Shown: piece after piece, positions 1 to 15,540 of the stretch | Layout: each line of letters begins with the position of its first letter | Numbering within the stretch: the first letter of the stretch is position 1 | Origin: Eledone cirrhosa | Lineage: Eukaryota | DNA length: 64,000 bases | Reading direction: 5' to 3' | Assembly (NCBI GenBank): GCA_964016885.1 | Contig: OZ024746.1 | Span: 36,022,001-36,086,000, forward strand | Program-made: the position numbers and the translations under genes | The notes under the pieces: generated by a model | The model's database searches: none | What the model was told of the DNA's origin: nothing | The model's input: only the letters and a program-made list of their open reading frames with translations

Positions 1-1594
1 TTATATTTTCATTTTGCTTTCATTAGTTCCACTTCTAGGATTGCTTAGACTAAATGCCATGTTAAAGTATATACAATACGTATATATCAGTCTTTTGTAT
101 TATATGTTTTTACGTTAATTAATGAAGCGGGAAACAAACAAGATTTCGTTGAGTATTACAATATAAATAATTGGAAGATGAAAGGTATATATATTTAGGA
201 ATAAAATACGAAACAGTTAGACTTCCAGGTATCCATTTAAAAGAACAGCCTGCTTAATGAATTAACGAGTAAGTTGCTGAGTATTGAACACACACATATA
301 CATGTAACATAAACTATTCTGCGGATATATTGTGCGTGTTTGAGAACTCTAAGTATCTCTGGTTCGTTTTCACGAAAGACTGAACGTAGGAGGCTGAAAT
401 AAATAACAAATATCGCTGAACTGTTTCAAGTGATGCACCAGCTTTCGCACTCGGTCATCAGAAAAAAGTGAGACATATGTAAAAGCAAAGCTTTGTTTAT
501 GTATACCTTTTTCTATCGTTTCCAATCTCAGTTAACGACGTAACAATTACAATCAATAATACCAGTGGCAGATATGTAATTCCTTCGAAGTGTTAATTGA
601 ATGAACGCACAGATCGTGATATAATCGCTGTTTCTGTAAATCTAGGGACTGTAGCTACTTCCTTACGCGCATTGGGTTAAAATATCTAAGGAATATGTCG
701 CTTGTCATATTTTACGAGCAAAGATAACCGGCAGTATACTGAATGCTAGATCACCAGCAAGATAGTTGTAACATATGCAATATTTCGGTTGCCCCCTATT
801 GGGTATCAATGTTGAGACTTGCATTTGAAAGGACCCACAGGAAGACGTGTCCGGCGATTCTATCCCCATGACCTCTCAGAATAATTGTGTGAAGAAAAAG
901 ATGGATTCTTACATACAAACCCACGTGTATGTGTGTTTTGTGCTTATATTCGTTTGGGCTTGTGCATGCATATTTATGAATAATAAGTATTTGCAAGTAT
1001 GGATAGGTATAGTTTTGCAATTTGGCTTTCACAAATTTGATTTCGAGAATTTGTGTCTAATATTATCACATACACTGTTTATTTTCGAACTACGTATGAA
1101 ATTATATTAGTCGTAGTGTTGTCAGAAAATCTGAGATTGTTTGTAGCTGAATGTTTTTTCTGGCGTGTAATGGAGATGATATGTCAGTAATACCGCATCA
1201 TTTCTTCGAAATACACCATTTTAAAGAAATCATTATGACGGTGCCCGTTTTTCAATGACCTCCTTCCCCGTTCCAAATATTTCTTTCTAACTGTCACTGA
1301 ATTTCATTAAACTACACTTTGCAAACGATTACTATATATATTTCTCCTTTCTTTGGTACACAAGTACGTGTAAATATTTATTTCATACATGAATACAGGT
1401 GCAATTTTCTTTATAACAGTAAACTAAAATCCATGATCATGGGAAATAGACTTTGGGCTAAAATTATTTACCAAGTTGTGTTTCCAACATCTATTGATGT
1501 TTTAGTCTCCAACTGTCTTCGTCACTCATAGTTGGTCACCTCTGGATGGATATCTATCTACATTTCTATCACTTCTCGGACAATAAAACCAATT

Positions 1595-1627
<33 letters not shown>

Positions 1628-1649
1628 AATATATGTATATACATACATA

Positions 1650-1790
1650 CAGTCCAGAATTAGCCGTCGAAACGGCTTGAGCTCAGCCGTCGGGGTCCTA
1701 CTCGTTCCTATTACCCACTCTACTACCCTAAGTATTGAGTACTTTGGTGCGTTATGGTCCATCTGGTTCCTTACCACATTTCCTTCATTA
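1650..1790 (+). mobile_element. Family A 3' end (half hammerhead + tail)
   Basis: Aligns with 18852-18990 (gtcgaaacggcttgagctc..gtattgagtacttt..ggttccttaccaca). Confidence 0.85.
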
Positions 1791-4369
1791 CATACATATA
1801 TATTCGATATGTCTCATTTGAAATAATACAGCCAATTTTCCACACAATACATTTAGTTAGCACCCCGAACGTTTAATTAGGAATATATTCACTTATTTCC
1901 TAATGTTTGTTGAGTGAGTTGGAATTTGACCGGAGTATCGCTAAAAGCTTTCTCCGATAATGTATTTATATATATATCTATATATATATATATATCTCTA
2001 TATATATATATATGCTTACAGAGGCAAGATTACAAGCATTCTCTATAGACCGGTTACTCTCAATTAATCACTCAGTATAAAATTGTTTGAACATATACAC
2101 GAGTCAACCATTGTCAAAATTCTAAGAAAAGGTATATTTCTAATGGATCGGTTGCACATATTACTGTGGTGCCGGAACAAATGGTTTTCTGCAAGCGCAG
2201 ACTTCAGCAGCAGAAGCAACTCTTAGTCAACTAGATACAGTGGCAACTTTGCCTGCCAAATTTCTGCACTGCTTCGTGAGATGTTGTTATTAACATACAT
2301 GAGTGAAAGAATCAGAGCCCAGTTCCGTGCTTAGGCCAGTTACTACTAATATAGCAACAGTAGTTGGCAGCAAGTAGTCAGGTGTCGGGTAGAAGGATGA
2401 CCCTATCGAAGGGGGACCTGTGCATGTGTGTGTATTGTTAAATATATTTGTGTGTGTCGCTGCTTGTGCTTGTATATGTGAGTCTGTGTTGTGTGCCTCA
2501 TTTTTGCAAATGAAAGATGATCAAGCATGCTGTATTGTGTAACTGAAATAATATTCAACTGAGATAGATGCAACAATATGGAATCACCCTAACTGAAAAT
2601 GCGTTTTGCTCTCGTAGAACCTAATTTTATTATCTATATATATATACTTAGAGAGAAACATGCATTCACAGATCACACATACACGATACGTATTACACGA
2701 TATGTATTACACGATATGTATTATATGTGTGGATATATATATATATATATATATAAATATATTAAAATTTCAGCATTTTTTTTCCTTTCTATGAGGTCTT
2801 TGACTTAACTTTCTTTCAAAGTATATACTTTCTTTCAACTCTCTCTTCTCTGTCTCTCTTTCACTCTCCATCTCTCTCTTTCCCTCCTTGTCTCCCCCTC
2901 TCTCTATGTTTCTCTCTCTCTCTCTCTCTTTATTTATCTTTCTAACGGATTTCTTTTCAACATTCATCAAACTAAATAACTCAAATAAGAGTTCCTTCCA
3001 TCATTTCCTTCCGAATATATTTTCATATTTTTCCACTTTCGATTTCTTCAAAGGTTTCTTCCGTTTTCCCCGAAATCAAACTGAAGGTTGATTTTGTCAT
3101 TGCTTTACTTTTACTTTACAATTTTCTTTCTTTGTTTCTTTTGTTCATATCCCCTTTCTTTCTTTATTTTTTTCATATTTCTAATCCTCTTTCAGTTTTC
3201 TTTCTGTTTTCTTCATTCATAATTTCTTTCATTTCCTCCCTCAATTCATATTTATTTCTTGCCTTTGTATTTCATTCACGTTGGTATGTATCTGTTTGTG
3301 AGTGTGCTTGACTATGGGTGTGCTTGTGCGGGCGCGTGTCTGTGTGCAAACGTGCATTTATTGTACATGTGTGTTGTATAATTCTTACATAGTAAACATA
3401 GATTGAAATTTATTTCAAATGCTAACAAACCCCTTTATATATTCTCATAAGATATCTCATGATCTCTATCTCTCTCTCTTATTCTCCTCTGGTTCACATA
3501 GTTATGTATATACTCATAAGTTTTCGAATTTGACTGTCGTTGTGTACATATATGTCAGTGTGAGAGTGTACTAGTGCATGCATAATATATTTATACATAC
3601 ATTATATTACACACACACACGCACACACTCATATACACACACTCATATATGTATATATATATATGTGTGTGTGTGTATATGTGTGTGTGTGAGTCCCGGT
3701 TGTATCAGGAAGGGGGCCCAGTATATACGATACTCAATAAATTACTGGAGTGTAAATACCAAATCTACTAGAGCAATTGCTTCTACAGTAGTAGAACTGT
3801 TTCATTAGAAAGAAAGCATCAGGGAAGCCAACTTCTATTGTAAAATGGTGGTATTTATGTTTTCTGGTGGCTGGGGAAGGTGGTGAATTTGTGAATCGTT
3901 GGCCAAATGATTTTAAAAACAGGAATTATAATAGAAATGCATACATGCAAACAATGACATATAACATATACAGTTCACATTCACACACAAGTACCTATAC
4001 AGAAACATACGAACACCCACACATGTTTTAGGCTTAATTTATTCTAAGTGTTTGAATGTATGTGTCTGTACTTCGGTGTGAATGGGAATCTTGCCTTTTT
4101 CGGCGTCATTGTATTGTGTATAATTTTAAGGTAGATTTTCCAAAAATCCCTGTGCATTAAAATAAAACTCATTCATTGATTTAGAATGAAATATAAATCC
4201 ACAACTGGTTACCTTGACGTACATCAAGTGTTGAACGAATGCTGTGCTCTATTTCGGCCATTCGAAACGGCTCCAAACGACAATATGGTGAGTGGCCAGA
4301 TAAAAAAATATCTGATTCTGCTAAACACTACAAGCAAATAATTACAAATTGTCGCATATTCAACAACAA

Positions 4370-5010
4370 TCATCATCATCATCCTCATCATCATCAACAT
4401 CATCGTGGCCATCATCATCATTATCATCATTACCATCATCATCTACATCTTCTCCTGCATCTCCTCCTTTTTTTTAGAGGGACGTGAGGCCAGAATACTC
4501 AAACACACCCTCCAGCGGGCCCTGTCACAAGCAATTCTCTCCTACTGATCCGGCTGGATCCCCAAGCGTGATCAGCCAAGCTCCTGGATATTACCCTACC
4601 ATCTTGCTCCGAGTCTATACCTGGGAGTGTTGCCCGTTGTTTTTGAAGGAAAAAAACTGACCAGCGATTCTTTCCTGAGACATTCTAACCACATGTCCAT
4701 AGTTTCGGAGATGTAATCTCTCAATTCGGATAAGCAGTGGCTCTACCTTGAGTCACTCTCTGATCTCCGAGTTACGAACTCTCTCGAGTAATGTTACATC
4801 AAAGATCCTTCGGAGGAATCCCATTTTGTCCGCTTGTATTGGTGATCGTATCCGTTCGGTCATTACACAATATTCATAACTATAGGGAAGGGTTGGGAGG
4901 AAAACCAAATTGAAAAGTGGGAGTTTGGCTTTTACACCTACCTGCCAACTTCTGATTACTGAATGTTGATGCTGGCGCATACTGCACCAGCTTTTGCAAT
5001 TCTTGCACTT
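4370..5010 (-). mobile_element. 3' fragment of an RTE-clade LINE with (GAT)n tail
   Basis: ORF 4753-4980 (PTLPYSYEY..IQADKMGFLRRIFDVTLLERVRNSEIRE) matches the RTE C-terminal signature. (CAT)n tract at 4370-4445 lies at its 3' end. Confidence 0.8.
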
Positions 5011-5194
5011 AAGTGAGTATCATCTAGAAGCTCAACAAATATATCATACACACTAATCGTATTTATATTTTCCTAGAATGACGAACACTTTAAATATTTG
5101 CCACTCTCAATATTCACAGAGTTCGTATTTAAATCATTACAGCTATGGCTGATATTTAAATAAAAAAAATGCAGAACTTGTGCATTCAGTAAAC

Positions 5195-5386
5195 TAATTG
5201 TTTCTACATTTGGCACAAGGCCAGCAATTATGCCAGTGTATTACTGGTACTTTATTTTATCGACCCCATAAGGATGAAAGGCAAAGTTAACCTCGGCGGG
5301 ATTTGAAATCAGTCCGTAAAGGGAATTAACTGTGCTGTAAAGCACGGCGTCCGACTCTCTACCGATACTGCCAATCTACCGCCCCC
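5195..5386 (-). mobile_element. tRNA-derived SINE (family copy 1)
   Basis: Reverse complement of the 5413-5603 copy; box B region ggatttgaaatc. Confidence 0.88.
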
Positions 5387-5412
5387 TAGTAAAATAATGG
5401 TATATATTATCT

Positions 5413-5603
5413 AAGGGCGATGGATTGGCAGTATCAGTAGAGGGTCGGACGCCATACTTTCCCGCATAGTTACGTCCCTTTACGATCTGAGTTCAAATCC
5501 CGCCGAGGTTGACTTTGCCTTTCATCCTTACGGGGTCGATAAAATAAAGTACCAGTAATGCACTGGGCAATTGCTGGTCTTGTGCCTAAAATAGAGACAA
5601 TTA
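5413..5603 (+). mobile_element. tRNA-derived SINE (family copy 2)
   Basis: Box A-like tggcagtatcag, box B gagttcaaatcc (5489-5500), body gactttgcctttcatccttacggggtcgataaaataaagtaccag found in five copies in the window. Confidence 0.9.
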
Positions 5604-6377
5604 TCTAATGGTTGCTTAGCGTTTGATATGCTTGAGATGTGACATTACGTGTTACACTATGTTCTGTCTAAATCACTATTATATACACTTAACATTTCAT
5701 TTTATTATTGCCTACATTATTTTGTTCGGAATAGATAGTATAATATATTCAACATCATATTCAAGATAGCGTATTCTTCCTATTTTCTTTTTTAATAAAC
5801 TGTCATATTGATTAAGCGGAATACGTTGTGGCATCTATGTCATCGGGTGCTTCCATTTGTTGATCAATTGATTGAATCAACCAATACAGTTTATCATACG
5901 GAATATATATATAGGCAATTACTTTTGTAAGTGCCAGCGTATAACAGCTTTTATTAAAACACCATCATGAAATTTATTGGAATCCATAAAATATTCATAA
6001 ATTGATATATTTTAAAGAGTCATACATTCAGCTAAAAGAAGGAACCATACGTCAAGAGCGAGTGAATTAAATGAAAATTAGGCTTTAATATTTTTGTTTT
6101 AGGTGCATAGTTGATTAAACAAAAGTAAGGTTTCTATAAAATATTAAAAAGTATATTATATTGCAATGTACGAATATAAAACTCTAACGGAAGACGATAT
6201 CAAACAATAAAACCCGTTGAATTTGTTTTGATAAAAATGAATCAGATCCATCATTTGTACTTCCACGTTGCGTCTTGGCTAAGATAATTTACTTCTTTAA
6301 AACAAATGAATCCTCAGCTGTATTGGTGTATGTGTATGTGTATATTGATGCACACACACAGGGACACAGACTCACAT

Positions 6378-6547
<170 letters not shown>

Positions 6548-7100
6548 ATGTGGGTGTGTGGGTGTGTGTGTGTGTCGGCATGCATATGTGTGTAGTCATG
6601 AACTTTTATATTTCAACGTATTGTGTGAATTTGTTTGAGTGCGCACATGCTCAGTAGCATATTCCTTTTCTTCTGAATTTAAATTAAAATTCAGAAAACA
6701 TACGTTTTCGGGTTTTGAATTGAAATGCTATGTATTCATTTTTAGTTCATTATCTTATTCCAGAAGCATTGTATCGTGAAATGCAAGTGAAACCATAATA
6801 CAATTATAATAGAATAATGAAAGGTTCTGGAAATTGTTTCGCAACCACCCTTTTTAATTTCTGTTATATTAAGGGATAGTAGAGGTTTCATGATTGTAGT
6901 CGCTTCTCTCTTTTGTTTGCCTCTGGCTAGGAAGAATTTACTCTCTGTATGCTGCACCATAAAATGTGAGGTTACATTATTTTACAGTATATATCCAGCG
7001 TTCAGGCGTGCGTACGTGTCAAATCCCACTTAATGCAGCTTTGCATATGATAATATGCTAAAGTATATGTATAGAAAACATTGTGAATTAAACCACCTTA

Positions 7101-7168
<68 letters not shown>

Positions 7169-8234
7169 ATTATAGTAATAATAATACATTTGAAGACTCA
7201 ATGCTTTGCTTAAACTTTAATCTGTTATTTTAATATATATAGATATATACAAACGTTTATATATATATGTAAGTATGTATGTTTTTTTTCAACTTATTTA
7301 TATATATATATAAGGAAAATTGTACAAGAAAAAGTGTTTGAAAAGTATAACATGTACAAACATTAATGTTAAAAATTGATGTTTAGCAAAACCTGCTTTC
7401 TACGTATTGGATTATAAAAAAGTAGGCTACAACTCAGAACTCCGTATACGAGAAAGATATATAAGTATGCGGAAGCAATTCGCTGCCAAACTTCGCAGCC
7501 AAATTACGATTCTAATCCTGTAATTATTAAATAACAGAAGGTCGAATTAATAAAGAGAAAAACTATACTTTTTTAATAGTAACGGAAGGCAGAGTTACAC
7601 ACCTTATCACAGGTTATAACTTTTCTACACACAAGCGACAACAAAAATAAATTCAATTGTATTCCTTAATTATACGAGTTGGACTGTAAATTATAACTGT
7701 TATACGCATTTAGTAGCTTTTCAAGTTTAGCTGGGCTTTAATCTCCTGTTTCACATCTCATGCAAACAACAAAAGAAAATTATGCAATTGAATGCCTCTT
7801 ATGCCCTATTGCTAATTTGACCGTACTAATATGGATATTATTAGCAGAGTTATAGGTAGTTAATTAAGATATATATATATGCATGCATGGTCCAGTAACA
7901 CTCGTAGTAGAGACATACGGCGTTCCTAATACATCTTTGAAACCTGGCTGAACTCATCATCTCTCCATTTCAGAATACAGCAGATTCCACCCAGAGAGTG
8001 ATAGAAAGAGTGAGTGAATAGAAGATAATTGAGAAAGAGATAGTGAGGAAACCCGATCCTAGTACAAGTTTGGTAAATATGTTCGACCTTGAATTTATGA
8101 AAAGCAAATGTGACCTCGACAGGATTTGAACTGTGTGTCTGTGGCTGTTTGTGTGTGTATATATATATGCAGTTTTGCATATGATAATATGCTAAAGTAT
8201 ATATATAGAAAATATCGTGAATTAAACCAGCTTA

Positions 8235-8399
<165 letters not shown>

Positions 8400-8454
8400 T
8401 GAGCTTTATAAAGATGGTTTAACGGCTTGTAACTCTTTCATTAATCATTTTGCC

Positions 8455-8517
<63 letters not shown>

Positions 8518-10849
8518 TATTAATGCCGAGTCATCTCTGAGTTTTTGTTTTTATATTTATCATTACTATATACAATATATGTAATTAATTGTTCGCTTCC
8601 ATATGAATAAACGTTAGAAATATTTGAAGAGAGAGATGAATGTCCAGATGGATAAGTGTTTAAATAGACATATATAGGAAGAGAATCTGACGTTTCCGAT
8701 GTTCAAATTATGAAAAACATTTTTTTTTTCATTTTGGAATTAAACTTTACCATTAATCAAAATACCAGGAGAAAAAGAACGAGCATTTAGATTTTGTCTT
8801 TTTATTTGTTTTCCATTGCTTTCCAAAATATATACGTTCAACGTTACCGCGTATCATTTTAATTTAGTAAGGCATCAATGATTAGCTAAAATAGTAGACA
8901 GCGCTGTAATATATTATCATTTACTTCTAATTTAAATAGTAAGGTTTTATTGATTAAATCATCATTTCCTCTATTCTCTATCATTCGACCATTACTTATC
9001 TATTTTGATTATATCTGCTCCTTTTCATCTCACCCTCGAATTCTAATTACAAATCATTTGATTTATAGAGGTGAACTGTACTTAATGTGCGTTGCTCTGT
9101 ATAATTTATTGCTGAATATGTTTGCTTTAAATGCGATATGTTCGTATGTGTTTCCTTATAAATGAGGATTTCGAAAATATATTTGATGCCACAAGACATT
9201 CCTTATCATCGTTTATACAAACAACATTTCACCTTTATTTTTGGTCACTGAAATGGCTTCAAGATCTTTCTTTTGAATTGGTAATGTAGTACTTGGCATT
9301 CGTTCAATTTTCAATTAAATAATTTAATATGTTCCTACAATAACATGAATTAAGCCCCAATACATTGTGTAACGTTTTTGCAGTACACTAACATATATGT
9401 CGTTCTTTTCAGTTTTATATATTTCCTGATGAAATATTTTCCATTTCAGTATAACTCAACTCTATCTATCTTTCTACCTACATATATATCTACATAGCTG
9501 AGACAGTAACAGTCACATACGCAAGAAATAGTCTTTATAAAGTAAAAGACGAACGAAAAGCTAAAGAAGAAAAATAAGAAATAATGAAAATAAGAAAGAA
9601 AAATAAAACAATATGGAAGAAAAAGAAAAAGAAGATGCTGAAAACATAGGACTGGAAATTCGCAGAAATATGTTCCTATTTGAAGAAAAAGTTATATCAA
9701 TTTTGTTCCGTACAAGGAGCGGTACAATTATTTAGGTATTGTCGACAATACGACACACAGTGGTGTTGTGGGCAATAATTAAATGAAGGAAGAATATTAT
9801 ATCAGACGTAAATAAATATACATATATTGCAGTCGGAGCTTTTACCTTCACACACAATATTCCACAATATATTTACAGTACAAATACTGATCCCTACATC
9901 TGGAACATTTTTCTGATTTATATATAATATCCTGTATATTTCTGATATAGACTGGAAACTTCCATTCATAGAGATATCGTCTGATATCGGCAGGTTCTGA
10001 CTCTGAAGAAAGGAGGAGGGGAATGGCTTAAGATGAGTAAAGACTATAATTACTGTTTATATGAAGGGAATGAGGGAAAGAGCGAAGTTAAGCTTTATAT
10101 GAATATGTTTTTAATATATATATATACATATCTAGAAGTTGAATATATTCTGCTCTATTTACGTTAATAAACCGAACATTCCTGTGAAAATGTCCCACAT
10201 GCTACATGAACATATATTAGGTAGATTCGGATATAAACATAGTATTGAAATAATCTCAAGGAAAATAAATCTCAGGCTGTAAATCACTTTCAATTGAATT
10301 AAAACTAAAACCCGTCAAAGATTTTGAAGGACTTCATCGTCTATCTAAAGTTAAATATATATTTACAGTAGATAGATAATATCATGCAAGTTAAATTACT
10401 TTCAGTCGTTCTAATTGTTACAATAACCACAGTATAACATGGAATCACAAATTGGCCTTGTGCCTCAATTAGAAATTATTATTAATTTTAAATGTAGTTG
10501 TCTCAACACAAGTGAAAAGAATATAATGGATCAGTGGAGAAATCGTTTAAAGAACACCTGAAGAGCCACAGACGAATAATTCACTATTTTTAGAATATTT
10601 GAAGCCTGTTCCTACAGGCGGGGAATTGGCAGATTCGTTAGAACGTTGTATAAGGTGTTTTGTGGTATTCGTTCCGGCTCTCTGTCCTGTGACCGAAGAA
10701 CTAACTGCATGGTATATAGAATGGATAAAACACACCAAAAGCTTGATTGGTTCATAACACCTCATACTGAAGCATATCAACCAGGAACAATTCCCCATCA
10801 AGTACCTTTTTTATGCTTCTTCTTTGTTGTTTAGTTATTCCTGTGAGAA

Positions 10850-11000
10850 TCATGAGGGCAGAGTCATCAAACACACTTTCCAGCGGGTCCTGTTAGAAGC
10901 AATCGTCTCCAATGGATAGGGCTGGATACACAAGCGAGACCAGCCGACCTCATTGATATTATCCAACAATCTTTATCGGGGTCTACCCCTGGTTCTCTTG
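10850..11000 (-). mobile_element. Short 3' end of the same RTE family
   Basis: tcaaacacactttccagcgggtcctgttagaagcaat..ggctggatacacaagcg resembles 4499-4570. Confidence 0.65.
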
Positions 11001-11722
11001 TCGGCTAGTATATATATAAAATCAGGTATCACAGTGGTATATACAGTTACTTATATTTGTTTGTGTTGTGTATCCCAAATCATTTAGCCTCTCGTGATTT
11101 GAGATAAAGAACCCAAGGAAACTTACGTCCCTGTATATATACAAGGATACAGTAAAACTTTTATTTATAAAAATCGTCTTTGAAGTAGTATTTGATTTAT
11201 ATGAGGAGGGAGGTTAGGATATATGTATATACAAATAGAACGACAGAACATAATTTTTGAAATCTAGAGTATATTGTGTTATAGCAGATCGCGCATTACT
11301 CCATTAGCGAGAAAGTGATGAGTAAAATTCAGGAAAAATTACAAGCGTATTTTAGTACATACTTGAGATCAAATGAGAAGTGGGTGTAAATAAACTTACG
11401 TGAGAGAATCTGTGCAGCCTTTGAAACACTAGGTATCACAGACAACTGAAAAATATATGTGCATCTCAAAGCAAGATAACTGACAGCTAGTAATTTTCTA
11501 TAGTAATTTTCGCAGATCAATATTGTCTATTGAGACCTTAGGTTTAAAGGAAATTATATCATAACAATCAATATAAGTTTCTGCTTGAGAAATACTTTGA
11601 TTCTTTGATTTTCCATGACATGTAAATCATTATCTGTCTTTCTACGAATTGCGCTATCTATCTTACATTTTATTCTTTTGCTCATCTATATAGTAACTAG
11701 TATAACGATTATTAGCAATATA

Positions 11723-11803
<81 letters not shown>

Positions 11804-11805
11804 TA

Positions 11806-12355
11806 AAGTATATATCCCTACACGCAAAACACGTACAGGGTCATATGTATTCTCCAACCATATGCCAATGTGGTTCTATGGCAGGTTAATTAATTAACGA
11901 GCTAGAACATATATAAGAAAGGTTTAGCAAATAAGAAAAAGTTTCAAAATATATATCACAAAATTCACTGTACTTACTATGGTTATATTTACCGAAACGG
12001 TTTTAAGTCTCAAAAATAAATGGATTGTCCTTGCGGGCCTCGATTGAAAAGTTAAACTCTCGTCAGAAGTTTATTTTCACTCGGAATATAAAATTCTGAC
12101 GAGAGTGTATATTTTCAATGGAGGCCCGCAAGGACTATGCATTTATTTTTGAGACTGGAAATCGTTTCGGTAAAGGTAACCATAGTAAGTACACTGAATT
12201 TTTTAAAATTTATTTTGAAACTTTTTCTTATTTGCTAAACCTTGATTATATATGTTCTGGCTCGTTCATTTATTAACCTGCATTAGAACCACATTGTCAT
12301 ATGGTTGGATAATACATGTGTCCCTATACGTTTTTTGCGTGTAGGGATATATATT
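11806..12355. mobile_element. Fold-back element family C (imperfect palindrome of about 550 bp) with a hammerhead-like fold; third direct partial copy at 12545-12692
   Basis: Arms atccctacacgcaaaa..ctctcgtcagaa / ttctgacgagag..tttgcgtgtagggat. CTGACGA at 12096-12102, GAAA at 12158-12161, stem III (c/t)cg-ttt-cgg-TA. Confidence 0.8.
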
Positions 12356-12691
12356 TTATTATTATTATCCTCCCCATGGTCGAGAAACAATTTGGTCGAT
12401 TTGACTGCTGCTATTTATAGTGGTGGCAGTTTGACCTCCCTGACTCTGCCTTCTATCTTTTCACACGGCACTGGTCAGAATTGCTTCCACATCATTCATT
12501 CTCATCTCCGGACAATTTTGAATAGCGCCAGTTCGTAATTCGAACTCTGGAATTTTATATTTTGCGAGAGATTATCTTTTCAATGGAGGCCCGCTAGGAC
12601 TATCCATTTAGTTTTGAGACTCGAAACCATAGTAAGTACGGGGAACCTTTTGAAATTTACTTAGAAACTTTTTCTTATTTGCTAAACATTC

Positions 12692-13305
<614 letters not shown>

Positions 13306-14062
13306 GTGTGTGTGTTTAAATGTGTATACACACATACAAATCTGCATATCCACATACATATATACAGGAACAAGAAATATCTACCAAATATCTACTACAC
13401 GAAGTAGGAGGTTCATCAGTAGACAATAAATGTAGGCTATGTAAAACAAAGATCAAAGATATTATTGACAACAGTGAAATAATATCGTTTCCTTAGTGCC
13501 TTCCCATGAGATAGGATGTGGTAGCTAGGATCATCTGGAAACTAACATTGAAAACAAAAAAAAAGAATATGTTGAGATGATGGCACTAATGTATATTGGT
13601 GGAAGATGAAAATAAAAACTGTCAGTAAATTAAAGCACAACCGGCCTGATACTGTTGTTTGGGACCTCACATTGAAAACATGCTCTCTTGTAGAGATCAC
13701 CTGCCTAATTCATATTAACCTTGTGAGAGAAATACCGAAGAAACAGGATGATTGACGTGGAGTTAGTTGATCCGGTATCCAAGATAAACCATCAGCTTTA
13801 TATCCATATTCATTGGAGCTACAAGTTATATACCGACGCACTTGAGCCAATATATGTCTTGACTTGGATTTGTGGACAAAGAGCGCAGCTCCCTGATTCA
13901 TAAATTACAAATGGTCAAGATATCTAGCACCTTCAAAATTTGCAAAACATTCTTGTGATTCAAGGGATGGCAATTTCTTTTCTTTTACAAACCAGCCACC
14001 AGTAAGTTGGCCGATCAAATATTTACACACACACACGCACACACACACATATACACACACAC

Positions 14063-14105
<43 letters not shown>

Positions 14106-14113
14106 CACACACA

Positions 14114-14171
<58 letters not shown>

Positions 14172-14319
14172 GTAACAAACCTCTTGACCTATGTCATGCC
14201 AGAACAACATGTATATAATGTATACGGTTTATTCCGCGAGAATCACTGGGACAATTATATTATCACAGAGGACAATGCAGCTGGGAAATGACCAGTTTGG
14301 TGTTGTACTGCCCAAATAA

Positions 14320-14438
<119 letters not shown>

Positions 14439-14550
14439 ATCAAGAAAACGAAAAATCAGTGATGCATCTGGACTTAGTTTATTTCGTGTTACATTTCGAC
14501 TTCTTATCCGATATCTACATTGTTTTATTGTACTACAATAAAACTCACCT

Positions 14551-14617
<67 letters not shown>

Positions 14618-14620
<3 letters not shown>

Positions 14621-15040
14621 AAAGTTTTATTTAAAATTGTTGGGTTACAACAAGTAAATATTTCATAACTGATATAAGACACTCAACAAGTTTTGGAGTA
14701 GATATATGATATTAAACAAGTGGAAAATATATTTCTCAATCCATATTTATTTCATTATACATATTTCGGGGATACCACATTAAAAATATGGCATGCCTTC
14801 TTCTGACAAAATACAATATATAAACAGTTTTATAAATAATTTTGACGTACCATAAATATTGATCAACTTTTACATAAAAGTTGATCAATATTTATGGTAC
14901 GTCAAAATTATTTATAAAACTGTTTATATATTGTATTTTGTCTGAAGAAGGCATGCCATATTTTTAATGTGGTATCCCCGAAATATGTATAATGAAATAA
15001 ATATGGTTTTATAAATATAGTTTCCATTTGTTTAATATCA
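14618..15040. mobile_element. Fold-back element family B, copy 2 (variant), inside (TA)n
   Basis: Arms meet at ctttta-ca-taaaag (about 14873). Hammerhead core CTGAAGA at 14942-14948 and GAAA at 14980-14983. Tail at about 14618-14706. Confidence 0.88.

Positions 15041-15540
<500 letters not shown>

Noticed and set aside
440-470. Minus-strand CTGATGA-ccgagtgc-GAAA hammerhead core
   Set aside because: Stems I and III cannot be formed convincingly; at best a decayed relic.
2299-2417. Possible minus-strand coding exon (cacag|G..CAT|gtatgt; GPPSIGSSFYPTPDY..)
   Set aside because: Weak polypyrimidine tract, no recognisable protein, and no partner exons.
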